Source of the DNA: Anolis carolinensis
Taxonomy: Eukaryota
Assembly (NCBI RefSeq): GCF_035594765.1
Contig: NC_085843.1
Span: forward strand, 193,665,971 to 193,729,970
DNA length: 64,000 nt
Direction: 5' to 3'
Under the pieces are notes generated by a model. The model ran no database searches and was not told the origin of the DNA. It was given only the letters and a program-made list of their open reading frames with translations. Positions 1-11,509 of this stretch are shown here, one piece after another. The translations under genes and the position numbers were made by a program. How positions within the stretch are numbered: position 1 is the first letter of the stretch; each line of letters opens with the position of its first letter.

Positions 1-741
1 TGTGGTAATTGGTCACAATCATAAGTAGTGGTCATTAATGCAAAACCGTTATGGGTAAGTTTTGGTAGCTTTTACAGTCATGATGGCTACTTTCATCTTA
101 ACTCCCCTGAAACCTACTTTACTGGGCATCATCAGCTGCAAAGAGAGACGGAGATCTGTTCTACTAACTATCAAAGCACCATTCAATGGCATTTTAATCA
201 TGTTTGGGGTTTGGTTGGGTCAGGAAACACTAGTTAAGTCTATTTGGCTAAGTAGCAGATACAGCAACATTCAGAACTATAGGAGAAATTCTGTAGGAGC
301 CTAGTTTATGTAGAAAAGGAGTGGGCATCTTCCACCCCTTTTCTATAATGTGAAGTTGAGGATTTTTATGCATGCAGATGAGGCTGTGAAAACGAAACAT
401 GTGAAAGTAGATAAGGACAATTTTAACCATTTTTCTCACTGCTATAAGAACAGTGGCAGACTATTTCCATTTTGAAATCGTAAAATAAAATGTGTATAGG
501 CTTTTTATGGAGAAAAAGAGGGTTTTATTAAAAAATTACAAGATTCCTCAACAGGAAACTACATTTTTATGCAGATGTCACTTTAAATGCAACTCCATAT
601 GAATTTTTCATATAAAATAAGTTCTAAATTATAAAGATACATGTGTGTCATGAATTCTCCTCATTAAGGTTTCCTAATACTTGAGAAAAGTGATTTATGA
701 CCAATTTTGAATGTTTTCTAATGCTCTTTCTATCTCTAGTG

Positions 742-876
742 CAGTGGTTCTCAACCTGTGGCTCCCTAGGTATTTTGGCCTACAACTCCCAGAAATCCCA
801 GCCAGTTCACCAGCTGTTAGGATTTCTGGGAGTTGAAGGCCAAAACATCCGGGGACCCGCAGGTTGAGAACCACTG
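742..876. mobile_element. hAT (Charlie-like) MITE
   Basis: TIR CAGTGGTTCTCAACCTG...CAGGTTGAGAACCACTG with palindromic interior; 8-bp TSD ctctagtg/cactagtg (7/8). Confidence 0.8.
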
Positions 877-1012
877 CACTAGTGGGTACTGCTACCATGA
901 GTTTGGTCAAGTAGAATAACCAGCAACCTGGATTGCACAACTGATGTACAATAGTTACAAAGTACAAGATGATGTCCTCAAAAAATATGGTAAAGCAAGA
1001 ATTTTAACTTAC

Positions 1013-1042
1013 CTTTTAGTTCAGGTGGTGTCACTCCAGAAT
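1013..1042 (-). CDS. SRCR gene micro-exon, 30 nt, (D)SGVTPPELK
   Basis: ccacag acceptor and GTAAGT donor, phase 1-1; paralogs at 21277-21306 and 36220-36249 in the same position after a type I SRCR exon. Confidence 0.8.
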
Positions 1043-1530
1043 CTGTGGATGGAGACAGAAAGAGGCTCAAATACTTCATAAAATTGCTAAACTACCTGTG
1101 AGAGTAGGAGGTGGGAGGATCCATTTGCAAAGAAAGAGGTGATGGCTTATGTAGAGAAAGTTAAAATTTCTACTCTCAGATTGTGAAATAGACTTTTGCC
1201 TGATACTCCAGATTCTCCCAATGCATAATAATGGGTTAATGGTCTAACCTAGTAGATGGCAGATTCCTATGTCAAAATTCCCCTTTTAGCCCTGAACTCA
1301 ATGAAAAAAAAACCCCAGCACATTCCCCCCAAAATCTTTGTGGTTGATGAAATTAGCTCACTTTCCTTTATGATTATTTTCAGCCCTTCACATTCATGGA
1401 GTTTAGGGGTATAGGAAGGTGGAAACATTGAATATTCTAAGTCCCCCTATCAAGCATGACACAGACCCATTAACAGTGCCAGCAATTCACTTTTCCCACC
1501 CATCCTGATACAAGATCACATCAGCAAGAG

Positions 1531-1778
1531 TGGGTGAGCTCCTGCTATTAGCCCCAGCTTCTGTCAACATAGCAGTTCGAAAACATGCACATGTGAGTAG
1601 ATCAATAGGTACCGCTCCGGCGGGAAGGTAATGGTGCTCCATGCAGTCATGCCGGGCACATGACCTTGGAGGTGTCTACAGACAATGCCAGTTTTTCGGC
1701 TTAGAAATTGAGATGAGCATTAACCCCCAGTGTCAACACAACTAGACTCAATGTTGGGGAAAACCTTTACCTTTACCT
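1531..1778 (+). mobile_element. Sauria-type SINE, 5'-truncated
   Basis: Body matches the full copy at 55631-55955 (opposite strand); 3' tail ggggaaaacctttacctttacct. Confidence 0.8.
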
Positions 1779-2067
1779 ATACCATTTTAGATTTCATATA
1801 AATTGGATGAAATCAGCCACAGGAAATATCACATGGATCATGGCTGGAAAGCTTTGTACAATCCTGATGTTAATAGACTTATCTTTCATTAATCCTAGCC
1901 ACCTTCATGATGGGATAGACAGCTCATGAGCATCTTGGAGGTCACAAGTTCCCACCCAAAATATAAATTAATTTTCTAAATAAAAGGATCCCCATAGAGG
2001 CTGTGGGAGAGGGGGTATCAAGCAGAGGGATGTCCAATGAAGGTTTGCTAAAGAGAACAACAGCTAC

Positions 2068-2379
2068 CTGAGCAGATTACACCAGCATGCATGTAGTTTC
2101 CACATGTAGCAGGCCGATACTCATGAGAGCAATCTAGCAAATAATCTTCTTCACCAGAGCAATGTACTTTGGTCAACAAAGGGCCACCCGTTCCTTCCCC
2201 ATAAAAGCCATTGGTCAAAGCAGACAAAGCATGGCCACATCCAAGCTGCCGGCAGAAGACTTCAGCATCCTTTATGTCCCATTCTTCACTACAAACCACA
2301 GTCCGCCAACTTGCAAAGTAAGTGACTTCCACACGACCAGCACACCGATTCGGGCCACCCTCCAGCTGGAAAGACAAGA
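2068..2379 (-). CDS. Group B SRCR domain exon (type I, unit 1) of a DMBT1/CD163/SCART-like gene
   Basis: 312 nt, ccccaag acceptor and GTAGCT donor, phase 1-1; LSFQLEGGPNRCAGRVEVTYFASWRTVVC...HAGVICS with 8 Cys. Confidence 0.93.
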
Positions 2380-2744
2380 CTTGGGGATGGGAGAGGGGAT
2401 GTTAAAACATTTTTAAAAGTACTGCATATAACTTTATCACCATTACAAATGCACAATTTACAAACAATTGTCAGTTACAGTGCCTTATGTTAGAGTTAGC
2501 ACACCATAACTGCTCTGTAGTCTCATTTGCAATTAGGGCAGCAATGATTCAGCCACAGATGATTTTGAAATCTATCTTTAAAAAGCAGTCAGAAATCCAG
2601 AGAGAAAGAGTGTGGTGTTTCTGAGCAGGACATTGAAGAATCATGTGAGCAGCCCCCCTGCCCCAACCTGCAAGCCATGCTATGGGCAGCAGAAGCAGGG
2701 ACACTATCACAAGTCTTCATCACACCATTGTCCATAAGTAGACA

Positions 2745-3997
2745 CCCATCGTTGTGGGTGTATACAACAGACGTCTGAGCCAGAATAAAGAACCCGACGA
2801 AGAGATATAGCAGTCATGGGCGATTTCAACTATCTAGATATCTGCTGGAAAACAAACTCGGCCAAGAGTAAAAAGTCCAATAAATTCCTCGCTTGCCTTG
2901 CAGACAATTTTATGGTCCAGAAGGTAGAAGAGGCAGCAAGGGGATCGGCTACTCTTGAACTCATCTTAACAAACATGGAGGACTTGATCAATGCAGTTGA
3001 AGTGGTCAGATCCATAGGGGCAAGCAAGAAGTGACAAGTGGAGTGCCGCAGGGTTCTGTCCTGGGCCTGGTTCTGTTCAACATCTTTATTAACGACTTAG
3101 ACGAAGGGTTAGAAGGCATGATCATCAAACTTCAGACGACACCAAATTAGGAGGGATAGCTAATACTCCAGAAGACAGGAGCAGAATCCAAAATGATCTT
3201 AACAGATTAGAGAGATAGGCCAAAACTAACAAAATGAAGTTCAACAGGGACAAATGCAAGATACTCCACTTAGTAGAAAACATGAAATCCAGAGATACAG
3301 AATGGGGGATGTCTGACTCAACAGCAGTACGTGTGAAAAAGATCTTGGAGTCCTCGTGGACAACAAGTTAAACATGAGCCTACAATGTAATGCGGCAGCT
3401 AAAAAAGACAATGGGATTTTGACCTGCATCAATAGGAGTATAGTATCTAGAACCAGGGAAGTCATGCTACTCCTCTATTCTGCCTTGGTCAGACCACACC
3501 TGGAATACTGTGTCCAATTCTGGGCACCGCAATTGGAGATGTTGACAAGCTGGAATGTGTCCAGAGGAGGGCAACTAAAAAGATCAAGGGTCTGGAGAAC
3601 AAGCCCTATGAGGAGTGGCTTAAAGAGCTGGGCATGTTTAGCCTGCAGAAGAGAAGGCTGAGAGGAGACATGATAGCCATGTGAGAGGAAGTCATAGGGA
3701 GGAGGGAACAAGTTTGTTTTCTGCTGCCCTGGAGACTAGGATGAGGAACAATGGTTTCAAACTACAGGAAAGGAGACTCCACCTGAACATTAGGAAGAAT
3801 TTCCTCACTGTGAGAGCTGTTCAGCTGTAGAACTCTTTGCCCCGGACTGTGGTGGAGGCTCCTTCTTTGGAGGCTTTTAAGCAGGGGCTGGATGCTATCT
3901 GTCAGGGGTGCTTTGAATGCGATTTCCTACTTCTTGGCAGGGGGTTGGACTGGATGGCCCATGAGGTCTCTTCTAACTCTATGAGTCTATGATTCTA
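2745..3997 (+). mobile_element. CR1 LINE, internally deleted and frameshifted
   Basis: APE endonuclease motif MGDFNYLDICW joined directly to RT motif [12 protein letters not shown] near 3027; ends in ctatgagtctatgattcta CR1 tail. Confidence 0.9.
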
Positions 3998-4494
3998 AGC
4001 TGGAAGGGTCTGGTCATTTCATCCTGCAGTGCCTCTCTTGAGAGCAGCTCAGAGCACCACTACTCTGGATGGCTGACTGGGTTTTAAGATGATTTCAGAA
4101 GGCGGATGAGGAGTAAAAACATAACTACAACATCATGGCTATGTGTGTGATGCAGAATCTAAGCCATAGTGGCCAAGATTCCCTTGAAACCTGAAAGAAC
4201 ATTAAGTTGAACTTTCATCATAAAATAAGATTTAAAAGCTCAGCTATGTGCTGAATCTGTATTAGTGGTCCTGACAAACTCCATTGCACAAGGAGGTACT
4301 TGATATCTTCTTACACAAGAGGATAAAGCATACATAGGATTGTGTGGCCCTGAATATTGCAAACCTAGTCATGTGAATTCCGTGCAAGTGTATTTTGCCC
4401 TGTACATGTGAAGATGAAAAGCTCGAAGCTTTGATCTCTGCTTGAACTCAAATTTGCAAATTTTCAAAAATTGTTGTAATAAGATTGCCTAGAA

Positions 4495-4934
4495 CAGTAT
4501 TTCCCAACCTGGACGTCGGGACTCCTGGAGGGTTTGCAAGTGTGGTGTTGCCATATTTCTGATGGACTTAGGAACTATCTGTTAGTTATGGGAGTTTTGT
4601 GTGCCAAGTTTGCTTCAATTCCATTGTTGGTGGAGTTCAAAATGCTTTTTGATTGTAGGTTAACTATAAATCCCAGCAACTACAACTCCCAAAAGGCAAA
4701 ATTAATCCCCCCAACCCCACCAGTATTCAAATTTGAGCATATTGGATATTTGTGCCAAATTTGGTCCTATGAATGAAAATACATCCTGCATATCAGATAC
4801 TTACATTACTATTCATAACAGTAGCGAAATTGCAGTTGTGAAGTTGCAATGAAAATAATTTTGTGGTTGGGGGTCACCACAACATAAGGAACTGTATTAA
4901 GGGGTCGCGGCATGAGGAAGGTTGAGAACCACTG
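4495..4934. mobile_element. hAT non-autonomous DNA transposon
   Basis: CAGTATTTCCCAACCT...AGGTTGAGAACCACTG termini; perfect 8-bp TSD gcctagaa (4487-4494, 4935-4942). Confidence 0.85.
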
Positions 4935-5017
4935 GCCTAGAAGTATTTGTGCTAAATTAAACTCAGGTCAATTTATTATTGAAAAAGAAAACGCCTTAAA
5001 ACATGTGAAATACTCAC

Positions 5018-5035
5018 AATCCCCTACAGTTCCAG
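5018..5035 (-). CDS. SRCR gene micro-exon, 18 nt, (T)GTVGD
   Basis: ttttcttccag acceptor, GTGAGT donor, phase 1-1; conserved at 25569-25586 and 40815-40832. Confidence 0.8.
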
Positions 5036-5807
5036 CTGGAAGAAAATGCAAAAAGGTGATGGTTAACATCTGTAATCCATGTTTACATAAACATTGTTAG
5101 AAAAGTATCAACAGCCAAGTTATATAAAACTAAAGTGACTGTCCAATAGTGATAGAAAGCAGCTGGGGAGCCACAAGAACCAATGCAAATACAGAAATTG
5201 GTAGGATGCTCAGAGTTTTGAAGCTGGCTTTGTAGACTAGCTTTTTGCATAATAAAATTGAGTGAAATAGATTTGGACAGAAGTGTAAAGTGGTTGCAGA
5301 GCTGTCCTGAAATGATCCTGACTACAATCCCTATACAATCCGAACCATAACAGCTTTTTTTAAAAAAAAAAATCAACAAAACCTGACATATCATTTGCAA
5401 TAGCAATTTCCTCTCTCATAGAAGAACTGGATACAATTTCTCTTTCCTGTGAATACCGAGATGAGCAGGGAAAAATATTTTCCTTTTCTATTAGGAAACT
5501 TAGACTGATTTTTCTTCTTTGAATAACAGTATTAAAAGCTTTCAGGGCATATATTCTTCTAGAGTAGGAGTGGAGCCTGACACTTCCTCTGCCGGACCTG
5601 GAGGGATTCACCTTTCTCCATGTCCTCCGCATCCCAAATAAACCCACTTTTGGTTTCTCTGAATGCCAATGGTCATCATGAATCCAAGAGGGCATGAGGA
5701 AGCAAAAGGGATGGAAGAGGTAAAGATATGGCAGGCTGCCCTGGGGCTCCTGGGGTGCTGCACAAAGCCCTTTACCCCACATTAGAGAATAGAACAGGAA
5801 GACTTAC

Positions 5808-5825
5808 TTGGTTTATCGATTTCCT
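5808..5825 (-). CDS. SRCR gene micro-exon, 18 nt, (E)EIDKP
   Basis: tttctttcttaacag acceptor, GTAAGT donor; paralogs at 26390-26407 and 42480-42497. Confidence 0.8.
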
Positions 5826-6803
5826 CTGTTAAGAAAGAAATAACAAAACAGAAGGTAAGAATATGCTAGCTGTGATAGACTTTATGAAATTGGGGGAGTT
5901 GGAGGATATGTGCCTTAGTTTCAGAGCAAAAATTTGACTCTTTATGTTCTTTTAATTGTCTGATTTATAAAAAACCCCATCAAACTGGAGTCAAGGTGTG
6001 AATGCTAATTGATAATCCCAAGTAGAGTAGACCCATTGAATCAGTTGTTGAGTGCTAAATGAATAGTTTTATAAATTCCATTGATTCAATGGGTCTATTG
6101 TAGGCTGGTCTATAGGAGGATTCAGATCAAAGGAAGGAATAAAAGTTAATTTGCTGCTGGATCTAGTTTTAGTTTGTCTTTCTCTTCGAATACACCATTA
6201 CATATAATATTGGTAGTCCCCGAGTTACAAGCACCTCACTTACAAATTAGCCCATTGGCCATATCAAAACACTTGACAAACACATTTCACACATACACAT
6301 ACAGTGCACAATCCAAGTTAAAATAAACAAGCTGTTAACAAGAGATCAAGATCCCGATCATATATCTGCATCACCTCTACGGTTTACCCCAATCAACTCC
6401 AAGTATGCAGTTCTTAGCTGAGCTGCTTCATATAGGAAAAGGACCATTTTGTATGTTATTTTAGCATTCTTGCTGGCCAATAAGAATGCAGTTTTAATAT
6501 AAAAATGATGATGATCAGGATGATGATGATGATAATAATAACTTTATTAAGTAAATGGGTTCCTGGTTATGTACAAAAGTAATAGATACCCACAAATGTA
6601 GTGATTGCTTTAGCAATGTTCAGTCAACAAGTATAACGTAAGAACTCATATAGAATAAAATACAATATGTTCAGAATTCACAATTGTAATAAACATAATC
6701 CATACATCAAAAATGACTGTAGCTCAACAATATATGTTCTGTATATAATTGTTCACTTATTCAATCAGTTCATTGTGCTGAAGAGCAAGTAGGTCACAGT
6801 AGA

Positions 6804-6838
6804 TCACGACCGGTTTCGACTAGGTCTTCTTCAAGTGA
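6804..6838 (-). ncRNA. Minimal type I hammerhead ribozyme motif (PLE-associated)
   Basis: Reverse complement reads UCAC-UUGAAGA-A-GAC-CUA-GUC-GAAAC-CG-GUC-GUGA. Confidence 0.6.
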
Positions 6839-7343
6839 ATTAATCTGGGAAAATTATAATGAATTAACCAAAAACATATAAACATATAACATATCCATGT
6901 AAATGTCATTATAAATTTGACATAGAGACTTACAATAGTACATTCATATGTATACCCTTTATGCTCCTCTTTCTAGTTGTGTTTTTATGTCTTCTTCTCT
7001 TTTTTTCTAGAGTGGGTCTAAATAAAAGGAACAAACAGTGGCTATAACATAATTTAAGATTTTTAAGTTTCAATTAAGATAACCAAGAGCCAGCAGAGTA
7101 TCAACACTGTGAGTATATAAATAAGATACTATCTTAATTGAAACTTAAAAATCTTAAATTATGTTATAGCCACTGTTTGTTCCTTTTATTTAGACCTACT
7201 CTAGAAAAAAAGAGAAGACATAAAAACACAACTAGAAAGAGGAGCATAAAGGGTATACATATGAATGTACTATTGTAAGTCTCTATGTCAAATTTATAAT
7301 GACATTTACATGGATATGTTATATGTTTATATGTTTTTGGTTA

Positions 7344-8655
7344 GAATCATAGAATCATAGAATAGTAGAGTTGGAAGAGACCACATGGGCCATCCAGTCC
7401 AACCCCCTGCTAAGAAGCAGGAAATCGCATTCAAAGCACCCCCGACAGATGGCCATCCAGCCTCTGCTTAAAAGCCTCCAAAGAAGGAGCCTCCACCACG
7501 GCCCCGGGGAGAGAGTTCCACTGTCGAACAGCTCTCACAGTGAGGAAGTTCTTCCTGATGTTCAAGTGGAATCTCCTTTCCTGTAGTTTGAAGCCATTGT
7601 TCCGTGTCCTAGTCTGCAGGGCAGCAGAAAACAAGCTTGCTCCCTCCTCCCTTTGACTTCCCTTCACGTATTTGTACATGGCTATCATGTCTCCTCTCAG
7701 CCTTCTCTTCTGCAGGCTAAACATGCCCAGCTCTTTAAGCCGCTCCTCATAGGGCTTGTTCTCCAGACCCTTAATCATTTTAGTCGCCCTCCTCTGGACG
7801 CTTTCCAGCTTGTCAACATCTCCCTTCAACTGTGGTGCCCAAAATTGGACACAGTATTCCAGGTGTGGTCTGACCAAGGCAGAATAGAGGGGGAGCATAA
7901 CTTCCCTGGATCTAGACGCTATTCCCCTATTGATGCAGGCCAGAATCCCATTGGCTTTTTTTAGCAGCCGCATCACATTGTTGGCTCATGTTTAACTTGT
8001 TGTCCACGAGGACTCCAAGGTCTTTTTCGCACACACTGCTGTCAAGCCAGGCGTCCCCCATTCTGTATCTTTGATTTCCATTTTTTCTGCCGAAGTGAAG
8101 TATCTTGCATTTGTCCCTGTTGAACTTCATTTTGTTAGTTTCGGCCCATCTCTCTAGTCTGTCAAGATCGTTTTGAATTCTGCTCCTGTCTTCTGGAGTG
8201 TTAGCTATCCCTCCCAGTTTTGTGTCGTCTGCAAACTTGATGATCGTGCCTTCTAACCCTTCGTCTAAGTCGTTAATAAAGATGTTGAACAGAACCGGGC
8301 CCAGGACGGAGCCCTGCGGCACTCCACTTGTCACTTCTTTCCATGATGAAGACGACGCATTGGTGAGCACCCTTTGGGTTCGTTCGCTTAGCCAATTACA
8401 GATCGACCTAACCGTAGTTTTGTCTAGCCCACATTTTACTAGTTTGTTTGCCAGAAGGTCGTGGGGGACTTTGTCGAAGGCCTTACTGAAATCCAGGTAC
8501 GCTACATCCACAGCATTCCCTGTATCGACCCAACTCGTAACTCTATCGAAAAAAGAGATCAGATTAGTCTGGCATGACTTGTTTTTGGTAAATCCGTGTT
8601 GACTATTAGCAATGACCGCATTTGTTTCTAAGTGTTCGCAGACCACTTCCTTAAT
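7344..8655 (-). mobile_element. Young 5'-truncated CR1 LINE (RT domain plus 3' UTR)
   Basis: ORFs 7927-8646 ([23 protein letters not shown]) and 7431-7976, split by a 1-nt shift in a T7 run near 7956-7962; (ATTCTATG)n tail; tta on both sides. Confidence 0.95.
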
Positions 8656-8684
8656 TTAATTCATTATAATTTTCCCAGATTAAT

Positions 8685-8719
8685 TCACTTGAAGAAGACC
8701 TAGTCGAAACCGGTCGTGA
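8685..8719 (+). ncRNA. Minimal type I hammerhead ribozyme motif (PLE-associated), inverted copy
   Basis: tcacttgaagaagacctagtcgaaaccggtcgtga: stem I TCAC/GTGA, stem II GAC/GTC, palindromic ACCGGT at stem III, GUC cleavage triplet. Confidence 0.6.
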
Positions 8720-8809
8720 TCTACTGTGATCTACTTGCTCTTCAGCACAATGAACTGATTGAATAAGTGAACAATTATTTATATACAGAACATATATTGT
8801 TGAGCTACA

Positions 8810-8870
8810 ATAATAACTTTATTCTCATATCCCGCCACCATCTCCCCGAAGCGACTTGGGGCGGCTTAAA
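8810..8870 (-). mobile_element. L2-type LINE/SINE 3' end (target of the Penelope-like insertion)
   Basis: Reverse complement gccgccccaagtcgcttcggggagatggtggcgggatat...aataaagttattatt; the same terminus recurs near 12340-12393 and 27010-27060. Confidence 0.6.
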
Positions 8871-9020
8871 CAAGGCACAAGGTGCCTAAAAAACAGAACA
8901 TAAAGTAAACACAATATAAAATACAACTAAATAAAACATTTCAGCATGTAAATAACAACATAAAACTCAGATTAAAACTCAGATTAAAACAGCATGCATC
9001 CATCAATATATATATATACA

Positions 9021-9261
9021 CTAGCTTTGCCCGGCCACGCGTTGCTGTGGTTTATGGGAATCCTTTGTTGGCCAGGTGGAATAGCAGTGAATAGCCTTGC
9101 AGTCTCAAAGCCTGGCCATTTTCTGGAGTAGCTGGAGCTTTTGTTGTATGAACGTAGAGGCATGGATGAGGGGTTGTGCTGCCAAGTTTAGTGTTTCTGG
9201 GATGTGTAGTTTTGCTGTTTTGTCCTAGGTCAACATTTCACTACCCTTTTATATATATAGA
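9021..9261 (-). mobile_element. Short non-autonomous Helitron
   Basis: 5' TCTATATATATAAAAG; 3' GC-rich hairpin ccacagcaacgcgtggccgggc followed by CTAG and T; no TSD. Confidence 0.8.
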
Positions 9262-11509
9262 CTAGCTGTGCCCGGCCACGCGTTGCTGTGGCTTTTTTTT
9301 AGTGATGTTGGTCAATCTACATTGGGTTTTATTTTTGTTGTGACCGTCAACAAAAATTATACAGTATTATTTATTCATTTATTACATTAAAGACATATGA
9401 TAGGATATTACGCTATAACATATACGACTATTTCACAATATTAGTAGTAATATATATATTGTTTTGTTTTGTTATTAGTATTATATTGTAGTGTATTATA
9501 ATATTATTAGCAGTATTATATGTATATACAATGTATTGTATTATATATGTATTGTATTATTATATATATTAATATATTGCAAATTGGCCCCAGAGTACGG
9601 AATGGCCTTGTAGGTTCAAAGTGTGGGTGGTTTCCTGTGTGAAGGGGGGAATCCTTTGGTGGGAGGTGTTAGATGGCCCTGATTGTTTCCTGGATGGAAT
9701 AGCTGTGTTTTTAGAGTGTTGATCTTTATTTACTGTCCTGAGATGATATTGTTGTGTATTATTGTACCACAGTAATTATTTCATATTACAGTAGAATCTC
9801 ACCCAACATTCGTTTATGCAATGTTCTGGATTATGCAATGGAGTCTGCCTTTTAATAGTCAATGTTTTTGGAGTGAGTGTTTTTAATGTATTGTGATATT
9901 TTGGTGGTAAATTTGCAGATACAGTAATTACTACATAGCATTACTGCGCATGGAACTACTTTTTGTGTCAAATTTGTTGTATAACATGATGTTTTGGTGT
10001 TTAATTTGTATAATGATGACCTAATTCGATGTGTAATTGGTTTTCCTGAATCCCTTCTTATTATCCAACATATTTATTTATGCAACGTTCTGCCGGCTTG
10101 TTTATGTTGGATAAGTGAGATTCTAGTGTATATTTATAATGTGATATTATTTGTTTAGAAGTGGATTATATGAGGCGCCTTCTGTTATAACAATAATAAT
10201 TATTATAGTCTTGAATGATTATCATTGTGATAAAAATAATAACTACTTATTATTAGTTGTTATTATATTGTTGAATGATTATCAATGTTATAATAATAAT
10301 TATTAATTTGTGAATGATTATTACTATAATAATAATAATAATTTTCTATTATTACGATTTGTTAATACATTGTTGAATGATTGTCAGTGTTATAATAATA
10401 AGAACTGACTATTATTATGAATTATTATGTTCTCGAATGATTATCAGTATTATACTAATAATAAATTAGTATTATTATTGGTGATTATTACATTCTTAAC
10501 TGATGATCAGTTATTATATTAATAATTATTACAGGGAAGGGAAAGGTGAGGGCGATAGGGTTTGAGAGGGGAAAAAGGGGGGCTTCTGAGGCATTGGAGG
10601 GGTTGTAATTTGTGGGTGAGAACAACAACAACAACAACAACAACAGAAAAGGGGGAAGCTCAGCCTGGGCCAACTTGGGCCTTCCCTTGACTTGTTTTGG
10701 GCGCCAACTTCCACCCTTCCTGGCCTGAGGCTCTTTCCTTTTCCCCGTCAGCCGTTTAACCGGGTGAGGGGGAAAAGGAAGGGCCCTGAGGCCGGGAAGG
10801 GCGGGGGTTGGCGCCCCAAACAACTCGAGGGGAGGTCCAGGCCTGCTCGAGGGCCGTGCCCTCCTCTTCCCCCCTCACCTTGAAGAGCTTGAAGACCTCC
10901 GAGAAGAACCGAGAAGGGAGGAGGAGGAGAGAGGGTGAGGCGGGGGGGGGGCTCCACGGGGCCTTCCTCGCATTGGGGGGAGGGGAGAGGGGCGGGAGGA
11001 GGGGGCCTGAACGGCAACCGGGGCCCTCCATGGGCCCTGAGGGGGGAGGACATTGAGGGGGAGAGGGCAGAGAGCGACGTGAGGCCCGCACGCCTCCCAG
11101 CGCGGCCTCCTCCATCCCGCGCCCAGCAAGGAATCGGCCTCCCTGCCTTCCTTCCTTCAGCTCTGAGGCGAGGTGTGTGTGTGCGCGCGCGGGAAGGGAT
11201 GGGGGGGTGCGCGCAGGCGCACATCGCCTGTTGCAGTTTTTGGCCGTTTGTGGCCCTGTGATTGTGTTTGTCATATAAATCTTACTGGAGCCGCGCGAGC
11301 GCCATAAAGGTTTGAAGCATGGTGTTTTTGCGCATGCGTACTTAGTTTTGGCATTTTTTGGTGTTGTGATAGTGTTTTATGTGTAAATTTGTTGTATCTT
11401 ACTGGAGGCGGGGATGATGGATTGCGTTGCCAATTTTCGAGTTTGGGGGGGCTGTAGATTTGTTGTTTTGTCCATCGCCGTGATGCCATCACTCTTTTAT
11501 ATATATAGA
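9262..11509 (-). mobile_element. Non-autonomous Helitron (about 2.25 kb) with captured cargo
   Basis: A|TCTATATATATAAAAGAG 5' end at 11509; hairpin plus CTAG|T 3' end at 9262; contains a mariner MITE, an AT-rich simple repeat and a GC-rich block. Confidence 0.85.
9789..10128. mobile_element. Degenerate Tc1/mariner MITE nested in Helitron
   Basis: CAGTAGAATCTCAC...GTGAGATTCTAGTG flanked by TA; aligns with copies at 15745, 23307, 30591, 47471 and 52805. Confidence 0.8.

Larger units (their letters stand above)
6549..8808 (-). mobile_element. Penelope-like element remnant with inverted pseudo-LTR arms (6718-7081 vs 7130-8809), right arm interrupted by CR1
   Basis: Near-perfect inverted repeat of about 360 bp; minimal hammerhead motif in each arm; 15-bp flanking direct repeat aataataactttatt (6534-6548, 8809-8823). 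Confidence 0.75.

Noticed and set aside
2068-2365. Alternative acceptor tttccag|CTGGAG for type I SRCR exons
   Set aside because: Gives a 298-nt exon starting in phase 0; the upstream AG gives 312 nt, phase 1-1, aligned with the type II exons
2162-2416. Plus-strand ORFs opposite SRCR exons (also 13102-13293, 22917-23201, 39033-39293, 45282-45503)
   Set aside because: Antisense shadows of the real minus-strand exons; recurrence reflects paralogy
7431-8646. RT ORFs as a host or functional gene
   Set aside because: 5'-truncated, frameshifted CR1 retrotransposon
10488-11274. Cluster of long overlapping ORFs as an intact gene
   Set aside because: Expected in GC-rich low-complexity DNA and lies inside a Helitron; only the captured-fragment hypothesis is kept
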